Shown: piece after piece, positions 1 to 12,471 of the stretch
Position numbering within the stretch: the first letter of the stretch is position 1
How the letters are laid out: every line of letters begins with the position of its first letter
Origin: Promethearchaeota archaeon
Lineage (GTDB): Archaea; Asgardarchaeota; Lokiarchaeia; Sigyniarchaeales; SOKP01
Assembly: GCA_019057795.1 (NCBI GenBank)
Contig: JAHLWS010000077.1
Span: forward strand, 134,766 to 198,765
DNA length: 64,000 nucleotides
Direction: 5' to 3'
Position numbers and translations under genes: made by a program
Notes under the pieces: generated by a model
What the model saw: the letters and a program-made list of their open reading frames with translations, nothing else
Databases searched by the model: none
What the model was told of the DNA's origin: nothing

Positions 1-533
1 CCTACTTTTCTATTAAAAATACTAATCTCTTACTCCCAAATGTTTTTATGGGAACTATTGATACTTTAAAAAATCAATTAAAAAAAACTGATTTACCCCT
101 TATTTCAAAACCAATTTTAGGCTCTGGAAGTAAGGGAGTTAAAGTTATTAATTCTTTTCAAGATTTTAATACTATTGACGAAGAGAGTTTTTATTTAGAA
201 AAATTTATTGAAGGCACTCACTACTTAGTATATTTTATAGCCAATGAGATCTGCATCTGTGAAAAAAAACCTTTAGCAAACGAACACAACAAGGTAAAAA
301 TAATTCATTCCGATGGTGAGATAGAAGAATATATAATGAAATGGAAGAATAAGTATAATCTATTATTTGGCCATCTAGATCTTGTAAGAGATAACAACAC
401 TGATAAATTATACGTTGTAGATGCAGGAACCTTTCCTGAATTTTCAAATTGGAAACATAATACTGATCCCGTGTCGAAAATATGTAATTTAATTTTGGAT
501 AAATATCAACAAATAAAAAATAAAACGGCGTAA
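1..533 (+). CDS. ATP-grasp (RimK-like) ligase, 5'-truncated by the window edge
   Basis: Frame is open from base 3, so the true start is upstream. Motifs PLISKPILGSGSKGV, YLEKFIEG and GHLDLV...YVVDAGTFPEF are ATP-grasp-like. Confidence 0.7.
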   Translation, partial: YFSIKNTNLLLPNVFMGTIDTLKNQLKKTDLPLISKPILGSGSKGVKVINSFQDFNTIDEESFYLEKFIEGTHYLVYFIANEICICEKKPLANEHNKVKIIHSDGEIEEYIMKWKNKYNLLFGHLDLVRDNNTDKLYVVDAGTFPEFSNWKHNTDPVSKICNLILDKYQQIKNKTA

Positions 534-570
534 AAGTTTAAAAAAGAGGTATAGAGTTTTTACATTAAAA

Positions 571-1563
571 ATGAATTCGGCCAACAATTCTCCTGGTTCA
601 GACGAATATGAATACGCAAAATCTTTAATATTCAAAAAACAAAAGGTTAAATTATACGAGATAAAACACTTTCTTTTTGATTTTGGAGGAGTATTAGTAG
701 AAAAGACATTTGTGTTAAATAATTTATTTGCTTTTATTGAGCATGATCTAAATATCAAAATTCCACCAAAAGAAATTGATCCATATCTCAAAAAATTAAG
801 ACGAAGGTTATCGTCTGGAAGGATTTCTGCTAGAACATTTTTAGAATCGATATTTGAGACATATTACATCCCTTTCCAAAAAAAGAATGAAGCGTTACCG
901 CCAAAAAAAGTTAATGTCGAGTATTACTTGGAGCTTTGGTTTAATCTTTATTCTCAAGTTACCCACATATCGTCTGATATGGCAGAAATTGTCGAGCGTC
1001 TACATTTAGCGGGGTATACTGTAAGTCTTTTGTCAAATACTTATGACATTCATGCGAAATCAAATGAATTAAAGGGATTTTACGATAATTTTGATAACGT
1101 GTTTTTATCGAACGAAATTGGATTAATTAAACCCGATATGGATAAATACATATATGTATTAAAAAAATTAGGTTCCAAACCAAAAAGATGTATTTTTATT
1201 GACGATAAAATAAGTAATCTTATTCCTGCACATGAATTAGGAATAATCGTTATAAAATTCGAATCTTTCGAAAAGTTTAAACAGCAATTAAACGATATAG
1301 GCATAAAAGATCGGAAAGAAATCAAGAAAAAGTATGAATTGTATAAAAAAAAGAAAAAGGAATATAACAAAATAAAAAGGGAATACAAGAAGGCTAAAAA
1401 AAAGTATCTAAAAAAGAGATATAGAAAGAAAAAATCGTTAAAGAGAAGGCTTGAATTCCAAAAAAAGCGAGCAGAATACCAAAAGAAAAAGATTGAGTAT
1501 CAAAATGAAAGGGATAAGAAAAAGGAAGAATTGATATCTAAAATTAAATTAAATTTTTTATAG
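571..1563 (+). CDS. HAD-superfamily phosphatase (YihX/HAD-IA-like) with a Lys-rich C-terminal coiled-coil tail
   Basis: FLFDFGGVL motif I, LLSNT motif II, KPD motif III, FIDD motif IV. The last ~85 aa are K/R-rich. Confidence 0.85.
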   Translation: MNSANNSPGSDEYEYAKSLIFKKQKVKLYEIKHFLFDFGGVLVEKTFVLNNLFAFIEHDLNIKIPPKEIDPYLKKLRRRLSSGRISARTFLESIFETYYIPFQKKNEALPPKKVNVEYYLELWFNLYSQVTHISSDMAEIVERLHLAGYTVSLLSNTYDIHAKSNELKGFYDNFDNVFLSNEIGLIKPDMDKYIYVLKKLGSKPKRCIFIDDKISNLIPAHELGIIVIKFESFEKFKQQLNDIGIKDRKEIKKKYELYKKKKKEYNKIKREYKKAKKKYLKKRYRKKKSLKRRLEFQKKRAEYQKKKIEYQNERDKKKEELISKIKLNFL

Positions 1564-1574
1564 GTTATTAACTA

Positions 1575-2711
1575 TTATTTATTTTCTTCTGTTTCGTTAT
1601 CGAGTTCTTTATTATAAGCTTCTACCTTTTCCATAACGGATTCCGCGGGTGTTGCTGTGGGAATTGACATTTTTTCGTAAATTTCAATAAATTTTACATC
1701 CCCTATATCTTCGCTCATATGGGTCTGAAGGTCCATAGCAAGACCAAATTTTAAGTAAGTGAGATTTTGGAACAGAAACATTTTAGGGACTGTAATTTCT
1801 AGAGTTTTGTCCTCGGCATGATTTATAATAAATTCAGCAGCGCTCTCTTTAGGAATCCCCTTTGAAATCAGGAAATATTCAATTTTTTCGTTAAAGTTTT
1901 CGATTTTATCGACAATCTCTAGGTTATAGTCGATTGATTGACCTGCCAAAGGATGGTTGTAGTCGATAATAACTTTTCCTTGCATAATGTTAGAAACTAC
2001 ACCTCTTTGACCTTTTTTATTGGTAAAATCTTGACCATATTCGGGGTTCTTGCCTTCATTTAATTTTCTAAATTTAGCGATGCCAATTCTTTCAATTTTT
2101 TGAGGGTCTCTTTTACCAAATGCTTTAGTAGGGGGTATTCTTACTGATTTTTTTTCAAAGTAATTCATTTCTTTAATTGTGTCAGTTAATCCCTCGTTTA
2201 CAAACCCTGGCTTTCCAACAATAATGAATTCTGGAGTGTAATAACCTTGTTTACCCTTTTCTTCTTCGTAAATCCCTGCTTTTCTTGCGTCCTCCTCGGT
2301 AGAAACTCTAAAAACTTTACCTTTTTGGGTTCTTGCTGTCATTTTTAAGAGTACAAAATCACCTTCTTCAACTTTTTTTCCTTGGAATTTCTTTTTCTTT
2401 TCTTCTAATTTCTTAGCTTCTTCTTGAATTCTTTTTTCTTCCTCTGCATCTGCATCTGCTTCCACTTCTGCGGAAATTTTATCGTTTTCTACTGTACTAC
2501 CATCTGAGGTAGCCTTATTTGAGTCACCTAACATATCTTTTGCGTTACTTACGAATTTCTCAGCAGTAGCCTTTCCAATACCTTTAAGTTTTGTTAACTC
2601 ATCTACGTTCGCATTTGCTAATTTCTCAACTGTATCGATCCCAGCTTCTATTAGAACTTCTTGTTTTTTGCCAACACCTTTCACATCTTCTAAATTCATT
2701 CCTAAAACCAT
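1575..2711 (-). CDS. Long-type archaeal FKBP peptidyl-prolyl isomerase (SlyD-like) with N-terminal helix-hairpin-helix domain
   Basis: IPPTKAFGKRDP and IDYNHPLAGQSIDYNLEIV are FKBP/SlyD motifs. N-terminal VKGVG...LKGIGKATAEK is an HhH pair. Start may be the second Met (MNLEDV). Confidence 0.88.
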   Translation of the reverse strand: MVLGMNLEDVKGVGKKQEVLIEAGIDTVEKLANANVDELTKLKGIGKATAEKFVSNAKDMLGDSNKATSDGSTVENDKISAEVEADADAEEEKRIQEEAKKLEEKKKKFQGKKVEEGDFVLLKMTARTQKGKVFRVSTEEDARKAGIYEEEKGKQGYYTPEFIIVGKPGFVNEGLTDTIKEMNYFEKKSVRIPPTKAFGKRDPQKIERIGIAKFRKLNEGKNPEYGQDFTNKKGQRGVVSNIMQGKVIIDYNHPLAGQSIDYNLEIVDKIENFNEKIEYFLISKGIPKESAAEFIINHAEDKTLEITVPKMFLFQNLTYLKFGLAMDLQTHMSEDIGDVKFIEIYEKMSIPTATPAESVMEKVEAYNKELDNETEENK

Positions 2712-2781
2712 TAAATATTATTAGTTAAGTTATAAACAGTTAGATTTTAAAATTTTTCATTACTTATTACTTTTTCTAAAT

Positions 2782-3894
2782 TTAAGATACTGGCTCATAC
2801 AAGATTCCTAATTCGTCAGCATAATTCTTAACATCATGCATTTCTTCTATTGAAGGTCTTCTGTTTATTTCTTTATATTTATGAGCTAAATATTCGGGGT
2901 GATATTGACCCATCAAATTTACAACACATTTCGGAATCTCTTTTGCTACATAATCTAATATTGGCTTAGAACAACATTCCACGTGATTAGGCATAATTAA
3001 GTGCCGGATTATTATTTCTCCACTACCTTCATCATGAATTCTTTTATGATTTCTGGCAATGACATCGAAGTAATTATCAATACCAGAGTATTTCTTTCCA
3101 CATTTATTATTTCCATACTTCCAGTCTGGGAGCCAGAAATCAATTAGATCTATAATTAATGATAAGGACTTGTTAGTAAGATAAAAGTTTGAATTCCAGA
3201 GTTGCGTAATATTTGATGTTTGATGGTGAAAACTACCTACAATAGTATGGAGGTTTGGGATAGGATCACCTCCTACATAATTGATATTTATAGCACCTTT
3301 CCCAACTAATTTGTCTGCAAGAGCGGCTAATTGAAAAACATCAACTTTTTGAGCTATATCTTCAATATTTCTTCGACCTTTCCAAGCTTGAGAAATGTCG
3401 TAATTTTGACAAAAGACGCAACCAAAATTACAACCTTGGAAAAAGATAGTACCGCTTGGTATCAGCGGAGCTTCTTCGCCCATATGTAAAAAAGCAGAGG
3501 AAACAAACGAATTTTTCGATATCAGACAAAATCCTTTTTCACCATCTATACGGTTAACCTTACATTGCCTTTCGCAAAAAATGCAGCTCTCAAGATATTT
3601 ATTTGCTAATTCTTCAGCTAGAGTAATATAACTTTTAGAGGCTATGCTACGATTTTTAAGAGCTTCAGTTGGATTTCTTAACAACTTATTAAATTCTACA
3701 GATTTTTTCTTTAACAAATTCTCTAAAAGTTCTATAGTATCTTTTGTATCGTATTCACATTTTATACTTTTTGCGATATTATACCTTGCAACTTCCTTAT
3801 TGTCAATGATCCCTCGATACCTAGGAAATCTTTTGAGCAGTTCTTCGTTTTTCCACACCGAAATTGAGTCTGGTCGAGAAATTCTAAAAACCAT
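2782..3894 (-). CDS. Radical SAM protein, PflX-like family
   Basis: CNFGCVFCQNYDISQ (CxxxCxxC), upstream CIFCERQC, GTIFF, IIRHLIMPNH and NLMGQYHP. Confidence 0.88.
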   Translation of the reverse strand: MVFRISRPDSISVWKNEELLKRFPRYRGIIDNKEVARYNIAKSIKCEYDTKDTIELLENLLKKKSVEFNKLLRNPTEALKNRSIASKSYITLAEELANKYLESCIFCERQCKVNRIDGEKGFCLISKNSFVSSAFLHMGEEAPLIPSGTIFFQGCNFGCVFCQNYDISQAWKGRRNIEDIAQKVDVFQLAALADKLVGKGAININYVGGDPIPNLHTIVGSFHHQTSNITQLWNSNFYLTNKSLSLIIDLIDFWLPDWKYGNNKCGKKYSGIDNYFDVIARNHKRIHDEGSGEIIIRHLIMPNHVECCSKPILDYVAKEIPKCVVNLMGQYHPEYLAHKYKEINRRPSIEEMHDVKNYADELGILYEPVS

Positions 3895-3987
3895 AATTAA
3901 TATATTAGAAACATTTTTTAATATGATTTTCGCTAAATTTATTTTTAAATGTAAGAATGAGAAATGGACGAGAATAGAGTTAAAGAA

Positions 3988-4716
3988 TTATGTTTCAAAT
4001 GACAACCATTTGATGATGTTTGAAAGAAATTTAATATTATCACCAGCATCTAATCCAAAATCATCTTCAATAAGCCAATCTGATGAACCTATAGTTACAC
4101 ATCTCCCGCTAAAAAACTCGGATACAACACAAATAGGCACCAGCCCAACTGCTTCTATATCGTCGTCAATTGCATATTTAAATTCTGCTTTTTCGGAAGT
4201 AACGATTAAATCCTCAACATCCTCTTCCGTTAGTGTAAAGAAAGTACAGTTTGGTAGGACTACTTCAGTAATTCCTTCAGTTATCGGATGGTTAAATAAG
4301 AGGTTTATTAGTACATTTTGTTTGTTGACTAAAAAATGTGAGTGTGATTCTTGAATTACGCCGTTCCAAAATCGTCGCACTCCCGTCATTTTATACAACA
4401 CCCGAATAGAACCTAGCTTCATAGGAATGTCATTATCGCCCCCACTTCCACTAGTTAAAAAAAGGCTCCCGCCACCCCCAACATACCGCTTAATTGCTAG
4501 TAGTTCGTCCTTAGTAAATTTATCTGCCTTTCCGTCTTTAGTATGCTGAATATTTCCCATAAATAGAATGTCATAATCTTCAAGTGTATCAAAATCTATA
4601 GGTCCTTCATTCTTGTCAATATAATCGACTTCTAATTCGTCTTCGCTTAAAGAAAAATCGGGAAATTCCTCTATCTTTTCTTTGTGAGATAAATCAACTA
4701 TTATACTATATGGCAT
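3988..4716 (-). CDS. Stand-alone GIFT (GldG/IFT52-like, DUF4350-related) domain protein
   Basis: IIVDLSHKE, KFTKDELLAIKRYVGGGGSLFL, HPITEGI and GRCVTIGSSDWL...DNIKFLSNIIKWL. Confidence 0.7.
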   Translation of the reverse strand: MPYSIIVDLSHKEKIEEFPDFSLSEDELEVDYIDKNEGPIDFDTLEDYDILFMGNIQHTKDGKADKFTKDELLAIKRYVGGGGSLFLTSGSGGDNDIPMKLGSIRVLYKMTGVRRFWNGVIQESHSHFLVNKQNVLINLLFNHPITEGITEVVLPNCTFFTLTEEDVEDLIVTSEKAEFKYAIDDDIEAVGLVPICVVSEFFSGRCVTIGSSDWLIEDDFGLDAGDNIKFLSNIIKWLSFET

Positions 4717-4956
4717 CTTAATGCTACTCCACGATCTAATTTGCTTTAATTTTTGATAAAGTGTATTTGTTTATCCTAAGTTGTTTAAAGTGTTAATTCT
4801 TCTAACTAAAATAATATAATTTTTATTTTTAAAGATATGTTATTATTTTTAAAGGTTTCTAAAAAAAAGAGGCTATTTAAACTTTATCCTTGAGTCATGT
4901 TTAAATATTTAGAGGTGAAAAGATAAGAGATAGAAAAGATAATACAGGTTTATTGC

Positions 4957-5652
4957 TTATTTTTTTATGGAAATGAAGTCTCTTTCTGCTTCTCCTTCTT
5001 TTTTGATGATGGCAATATCAATTCCATTTCCGGATGCCATATCTCTTATGATACTAGAGGAGATTGCTTTAATTAAAATTTGTTTTCCTTCTTTAATTGT
5101 TAAATTATCTTTATATTTAGCCTCGAGAACGCCGTATGAAAAATTTTGACCGCTCCCTACTGCGCAAAACTTGTCGGGCAAAATTGACCCATAAGCACCA
5201 ACATTCAAAAGAGTAGGCCCTTCTTCTTCGGTTACTCCCCCAAGTATGAGTCCAACTTGAAAAGGATACATTTTATTTTGGTATAAAATGTTGGACAACA
5301 ATTTCCCAGCGCTTTTAACTTTGATAGATTTTTCTCTTTTTAATTGATACAACGAAGTTTCAGCCCGTAAAACATCTATGAGATATTGTGCGTCTGCTAC
5401 GCCTCCAGCAATAGTCATATACAAGTGTTCTTGAATCATATGCAATTTCTCAGCAGTTTTACTAGCAACAAAATAACCCATTGACGTTCTTTTATCAGTT
5501 CCTAAGATTACTGCGTCTTTAACAACTAATCCGACTGTAGTAGTCCCAGTTTTGAAAGCTTGAGTTTTAAATTTTTGAGAATTATTGGCAGTAATATCGG
5601 AATCTCTTGAAAAAACCGACTTAGAGGGTATAATTAAATCTTCTTTTCTCAT
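4957..5652 (-). CDS. psmB: 20S proteasome beta subunit
   Basis: Propeptide followed by KTG/TTTVG (N-terminal Thr nucleophile), AGGVADAQ, GSG and RDMASGNGID. Confidence 0.95.
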   Translation of the reverse strand: MRKEDLIIPSKSVFSRDSDITANNSQKFKTQAFKTGTTTVGLVVKDAVILGTDKRTSMGYFVASKTAEKLHMIQEHLYMTIAGGVADAQYLIDVLRAETSLYQLKREKSIKVKSAGKLLSNILYQNKMYPFQVGLILGGVTEEEGPTLLNVGAYGSILPDKFCAVGSGQNFSYGVLEAKYKDNLTIKEGKQILIKAISSSIIRDMASGNGIDIAIIKKEGEAERDFISIKK

Positions 5653-5757
5653 AATTTCTTTAAAGGTCTCTTGTTTTAATAATTTTTTTTAATTTTTTAT
5701 AAGTCGTTATACTCTTAAACTGATATAAATATGATTGGTTAAAATTTAGATCGTTTT

Positions 5758-6180
5758 TTATTCAATTTTTCTTGAGATTCGTGAAAGGGGGTGCCCTTTT
5801 GCCTTGAGTTCAAGCTCATTGAACCACCCAAAAGGAGGTCTGAGCACATTGAATCCATTCTCAACTAACTTTTTCTCAAGATTCTTTAATGCTTTCAAGC
5901 CAAATTCAGGATTACTTAATTCGCCAAACAGATGGGCGAAAGAAAGTACAATTATGTTCGACACTTTGAGTTGAGTGGCAATTTTTTCGATTTCTTTTAT
6001 AGCTTTAGGAATGAACTCTGAACTATCCTCATCTCGTTTTTCTACGCTTATGTATAAAGCAATTACGTTTTCAAATCCACTTTCTCTATTTTCTTCTGTC
6101 AATTCTTCAAATATTTTTGAACGGCTTCTCTTTGTCGCCTTAAATCTGAAGTAATCGCAATGAAAAGAAAGAAATCTCAT
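5758..6180 (-). CDS. Free-standing archaeal-type threonyl-tRNA synthetase editing domain
   Basis: MRFLSFHCDYF, SVEKRDE, SFAHL and RPPFGW...KGHPLS. Only 140 aa, with no catalytic or anticodon-binding domain. Confidence 0.85.
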   Translation of the reverse strand: MRFLSFHCDYFRFKATKRSRSKIFEELTEENRESGFENVIALYISVEKRDEDSSEFIPKAIKEIEKIATQLKVSNIIVLSFAHLFGELSNPEFGLKALKNLEKKLVENGFNVLRPPFGWFNELELKAKGHPLSRISRKIE

Positions 6181-6211
6181 AATTTTAATAATATTTTAAT
6201 TTTTAATAACT

Positions 6212-7273
6212 TTAGGGATTGAATTTGGAAGTTAAAACATCCATTTGCCTTCCGCGATTGTTATTTAAAATTTTAATGGCTTTATCAGTATTGTTTTTAT
6301 CGTGTATTATTCCTGAGATTGCTAAAGCAACTGCTCTCGGATCGTCATCGCCGGGATACAATAAATTTCTTCCAGCTAAACACCCTTTTACATTTTTCCC
6401 AGCAGTCAATCCCATTTCAAGGATTTTAAAAAGATCTATGGGGTTACCAGTACTTTCACCACCTAGAATTAAAATAGGGTTGGTTGCACTTTTAGCAACA
6501 GATTCAAACTTATCAACATATGGCACTTTTAACCAAGTGTTTACCGAACACCCTCCTAATGCTGTTGCAATTCCAATAGTTTTAATCATTGCTTCTGCAT
6601 TCTTGTTAATTGTATAATTACTGTTTTGATCGCGTGTCACCGGGAGCGCTTCTATAAACGAGGGTATTTTGGATTCGTTACATAGCCTAATCATTTTTGA
6701 ACATAACGCCAAAGTCCTTTGGCTATATTTCGCCATTTTCGTCTCGAAATCTAACCTAACCATCATTTTTGCGCCGTCCAATTTTAATTTCCTAATATCA
6801 TCAATAGTATAAGCAGTCACAGGATCGTACATCTCGTAAGGCGAGCCTAAAAGACCTCCTCGATTTGTACTTCCTATAAGTATTTTGTTATCGAGGAAGC
6901 TCTTCCCTCCTAATTGTTTAAAAAGATAATTCAATATAAACAAATCGTCCATTATATCAGGAGTCGTCATGATACCATCTACTTGATCAAGCGTAAGAAC
7001 GCGTAGGATTCTCCCTAAATATTCGTGACGATCACCCATTGCCATATTATTTGAGTCAATCTTAGTAACGCCCCTTGCTGGATGATCAGCAGCAATCATG
7101 ACGAGATTTTTGTTCCAAGGATACTTTCTTTTAACGCGATTGTTATATTCCTCATCAAGAATTTCGTTTACTTTACTGAGTCTTACTTCAATTATCTTAT
7201 AAAAAATATCTTCTGGAAAAAAAAGTTTGGTCTCAAATTTATACGAACCAATGTCATTAGCCATTTGTTTCAA
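6212..7273 (-). CDS. Class I aldolase-like TIM-barrel protein (Cgl0159/DeoC-FbaB-like)
   Basis: IAADHPARG, GSTNRGGL, DGAKMMVR, WLKVPY, LILGG and GCLAGRNLLYP. Confidence 0.8.
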   Translation of the reverse strand: MKQMANDIGSYKFETKLFFPEDIFYKIIEVRLSKVNEILDEEYNNRVKRKYPWNKNLVMIAADHPARGVTKIDSNNMAMGDRHEYLGRILRVLTLDQVDGIMTTPDIMDDLFILNYLFKQLGGKSFLDNKILIGSTNRGGLLGSPYEMYDPVTAYTIDDIRKLKLDGAKMMVRLDFETKMAKYSQRTLALCSKMIRLCNESKIPSFIEALPVTRDQNSNYTINKNAEAMIKTIGIATALGGCSVNTWLKVPYVDKFESVAKSATNPILILGGESTGNPIDLFKILEMGLTAGKNVKGCLAGRNLLYPGDDDPRAVALAISGIIHDKNNTDKAIKILNNNRGRQMDVLTSKFNP

Positions 7274-7367
7274 ACCGATTCTTTTTAATTTAAAGAATGA
7301 ATGAGATAATATGAATTATCTGTCTAATTTTTTTTAAAGTCAGAAATTAACATTCTTAAATAGGAAC

Positions 7368-7703
7368 TTATAAATGCTCAATAGAATCAATTTCCCAGAG
7401 AAATATTTTTAGATCAATTTTGTAGTTATCTCTAATCACAACACCTTCTTTTTCTAACAAATGTTTTTGATACTCTCGATCATCAAAAGATTTCATGGAT
7501 ATTTTTCCTTGTGAATTTATGACTCGATGCCATGGTAAGTTGTATTTTTTTGTTGATGAGTGTAATAGCCATGAAACTTGTCTAGCAGCTTGCGGGTTAC
7601 TTGCTAATTTAGCGATTCTTCCATAAGTGAGTACCTTCCCACTAGGTATATTCTTAATTATTTTAACAACATCTTGAGTGAAATCGCTTGGTATCAGAAT
7701 CAC
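7368..7703 (-). CDS. Alkyltransferase-like protein (ATL/YbaZ)
   Basis: IPSGKVLTYGRIA and PWHRV, with Trp replacing the catalytic Cys of MGMT. Confidence 0.9.
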   Translation of the reverse strand: MILIPSDFTQDVVKIIKNIPSGKVLTYGRIAKLASNPQAARQVSWLLHSSTKKYNLPWHRVINSQGKISMKSFDDREYQKHLLEKEGVVIRDNYKIDLKIFLWEIDSIEHL

Positions 7704-7710
7704 CTTCTTT

Positions 7711-9174
7711 TCAATCAGATTCCCTTTTTTCTTGAATGACCTTAATAAATTCTTCTCTTCCTGATCGTTTTAATCTTCTAAGATAGGTATTTAACATTTT
7801 TCTTGTGTGATAAGGTCCGCCTTCTTCTATTACGGTCCACATTGGATCTTTAGGTGATGGAGATATTTTCATCATCTGCTTATGCCACTCATCAAGAAAT
7901 TGTAAACCAATTCCAACAATATCTGGTCTCTCCTCTGCAAGATTTTTAATCATGTGAAAGTCGTTTTCAAAATCGTAGAGCATAATCTCGGGATAGTCTC
8001 TTAACCCTGTATGATAAGTCCGAATCAAAGTCCAACTTCCAAACCTTACTGCACGCTGACAAGTCCAAGCACTTTGGCTAATTACGAGATAATTTCTTCC
8101 AAATTCCTCTCCATTTTCAATTTCTTTATATATACTCTTCCCATCCCAAAAATCGGGGACTTCTTTTCCAACCCCTTCAATTATAGTAGCAGCAATATCT
8201 GTAGCATAAATAAAAGAGTTATACTGTTTCTTCCATTTTTTCTGTGGCCATTTTATTATCATCGGTACTCGATTAACAATGTGGCAAGCTGTTGCGTGAT
8301 CTCCATACACATTTAGTTCACCTTGGCTTTCACCATGATCCGAACTAATAATTATAAGGGTATCGTCATATATCCCTAAATTTTTAATTAATTTAACTAT
8401 TTTACCTACAAAATCATCAGAATATCTTATTCCAACATCGTAGGCATTAATCCATCTAGTAAAATCATCAAGGTTTTCTATTTCCCGTATATTTTGTATT
8501 CTTTTATAGAACTGAGTGAGTTTCAACTTGTCAAAGCCCCCAATATCGCGTGCTGAGCGAGGACCATAGCTATTTCGGTGTACCTTAATAATATCTTCTG
8601 TTATCCAAGAAGGAGGGGGATCACTTTCAAAGGAAGGTTCAAAAGATAAAGGGGTTCGGTAAGGCGTGTGAGGGTCCCATAGATTTAGATGTAAAAACCA
8701 GTTATCTTTCTTCCCGTTATCTTCCAGCCATTTCTTTGCATAAGGAAAGACATCATCAGCTATTTCATGACCTCTTTTACCAGGATTGTACATTTCATTC
8801 CAACCAGAACAAAACCAAAACGCTGAATGTCTTTCCGCATAAGGAGATATTGATACGGTGTAATATTTTGCGCTTCTCAATGTTCCAATCCAGTTATTCC
8901 TTAAATATTTATCATCGAATCCTCGCTCTTTTCCAGTTAATCTTATATCTGCCGCGGTACCACCGTGACCGACTATACCAGTATGAATCCCAAATCTTCC
9001 AGTAAAAAGTGAAGCTCTAGAAGGTAAACAAGGAGCATCCGAAGTATAACAATTTGTAAAAATAGATCCTTCTACTGCAATTTTATCAATATTAGGCGAA
9101 GTGTTTCGATGATAACCGTAACATCCTAGATGGTCTGGTCTTAGAGTGTCAATATCAAAATAAATTATTCTCAT
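7711..9174 (-). CDS. Formylglycine-dependent sulfatase (S1 family)
   Basis: DIDTLRPDHLGCYGY, CLPSR (CxPxR) followed by ASLFTG, DPHTPY and SDHGE. Confidence 0.92.
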   Translation of the reverse strand: MRIIYFDIDTLRPDHLGCYGYHRNTSPNIDKIAVEGSIFTNCYTSDAPCLPSRASLFTGRFGIHTGIVGHGGTAADIRLTGKERGFDDKYLRNNWIGTLRSAKYYTVSISPYAERHSAFWFCSGWNEMYNPGKRGHEIADDVFPYAKKWLEDNGKKDNWFLHLNLWDPHTPYRTPLSFEPSFESDPPPSWITEDIIKVHRNSYGPRSARDIGGFDKLKLTQFYKRIQNIREIENLDDFTRWINAYDVGIRYSDDFVGKIVKLIKNLGIYDDTLIIISSDHGESQGELNVYGDHATACHIVNRVPMIIKWPQKKWKKQYNSFIYATDIAATIIEGVGKEVPDFWDGKSIYKEIENGEEFGRNYLVISQSAWTCQRAVRFGSWTLIRTYHTGLRDYPEIMLYDFENDFHMIKNLAEERPDIVGIGLQFLDEWHKQMMKISPSPKDPMWTVIEEGGPYHTRKMLNTYLRRLKRSGREEFIKVIQEKRESD

Positions 9175-9293
9175 AATTCATATTTTCTTTTCTTTATTAA
9201 ATAATATTAATTATAAAATTGTATAAATAATTGTGAAATGTTACATTTCTATCTCATCCTCAAATAGAAATAATCGAAGATAATTTTAACTAG

Positions 9294-12422
<3,129 letters not shown>

Positions 12423-12471
12423 GTAGCCCGAAACAGACCTCCTAAATTATAGAAAGAGTATTAATTTATTT

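Noticed and set aside
2782-3894. Radical SAM gene considered as the anaerobic sulfatase maturase for the nearby sulfatase
   Set aside because: Its motifs are PflX-like, and it lacks the C-terminal Cys-rich SPASM domain of anSME.
3644-4354. 236-aa + strand ORF and the many other 60-130 aa antisense ORFs in the track
   Set aside because: They lie opposite well-supported genes, have Ser/Phe/Ile-rich shadow composition, and carry no motifs.
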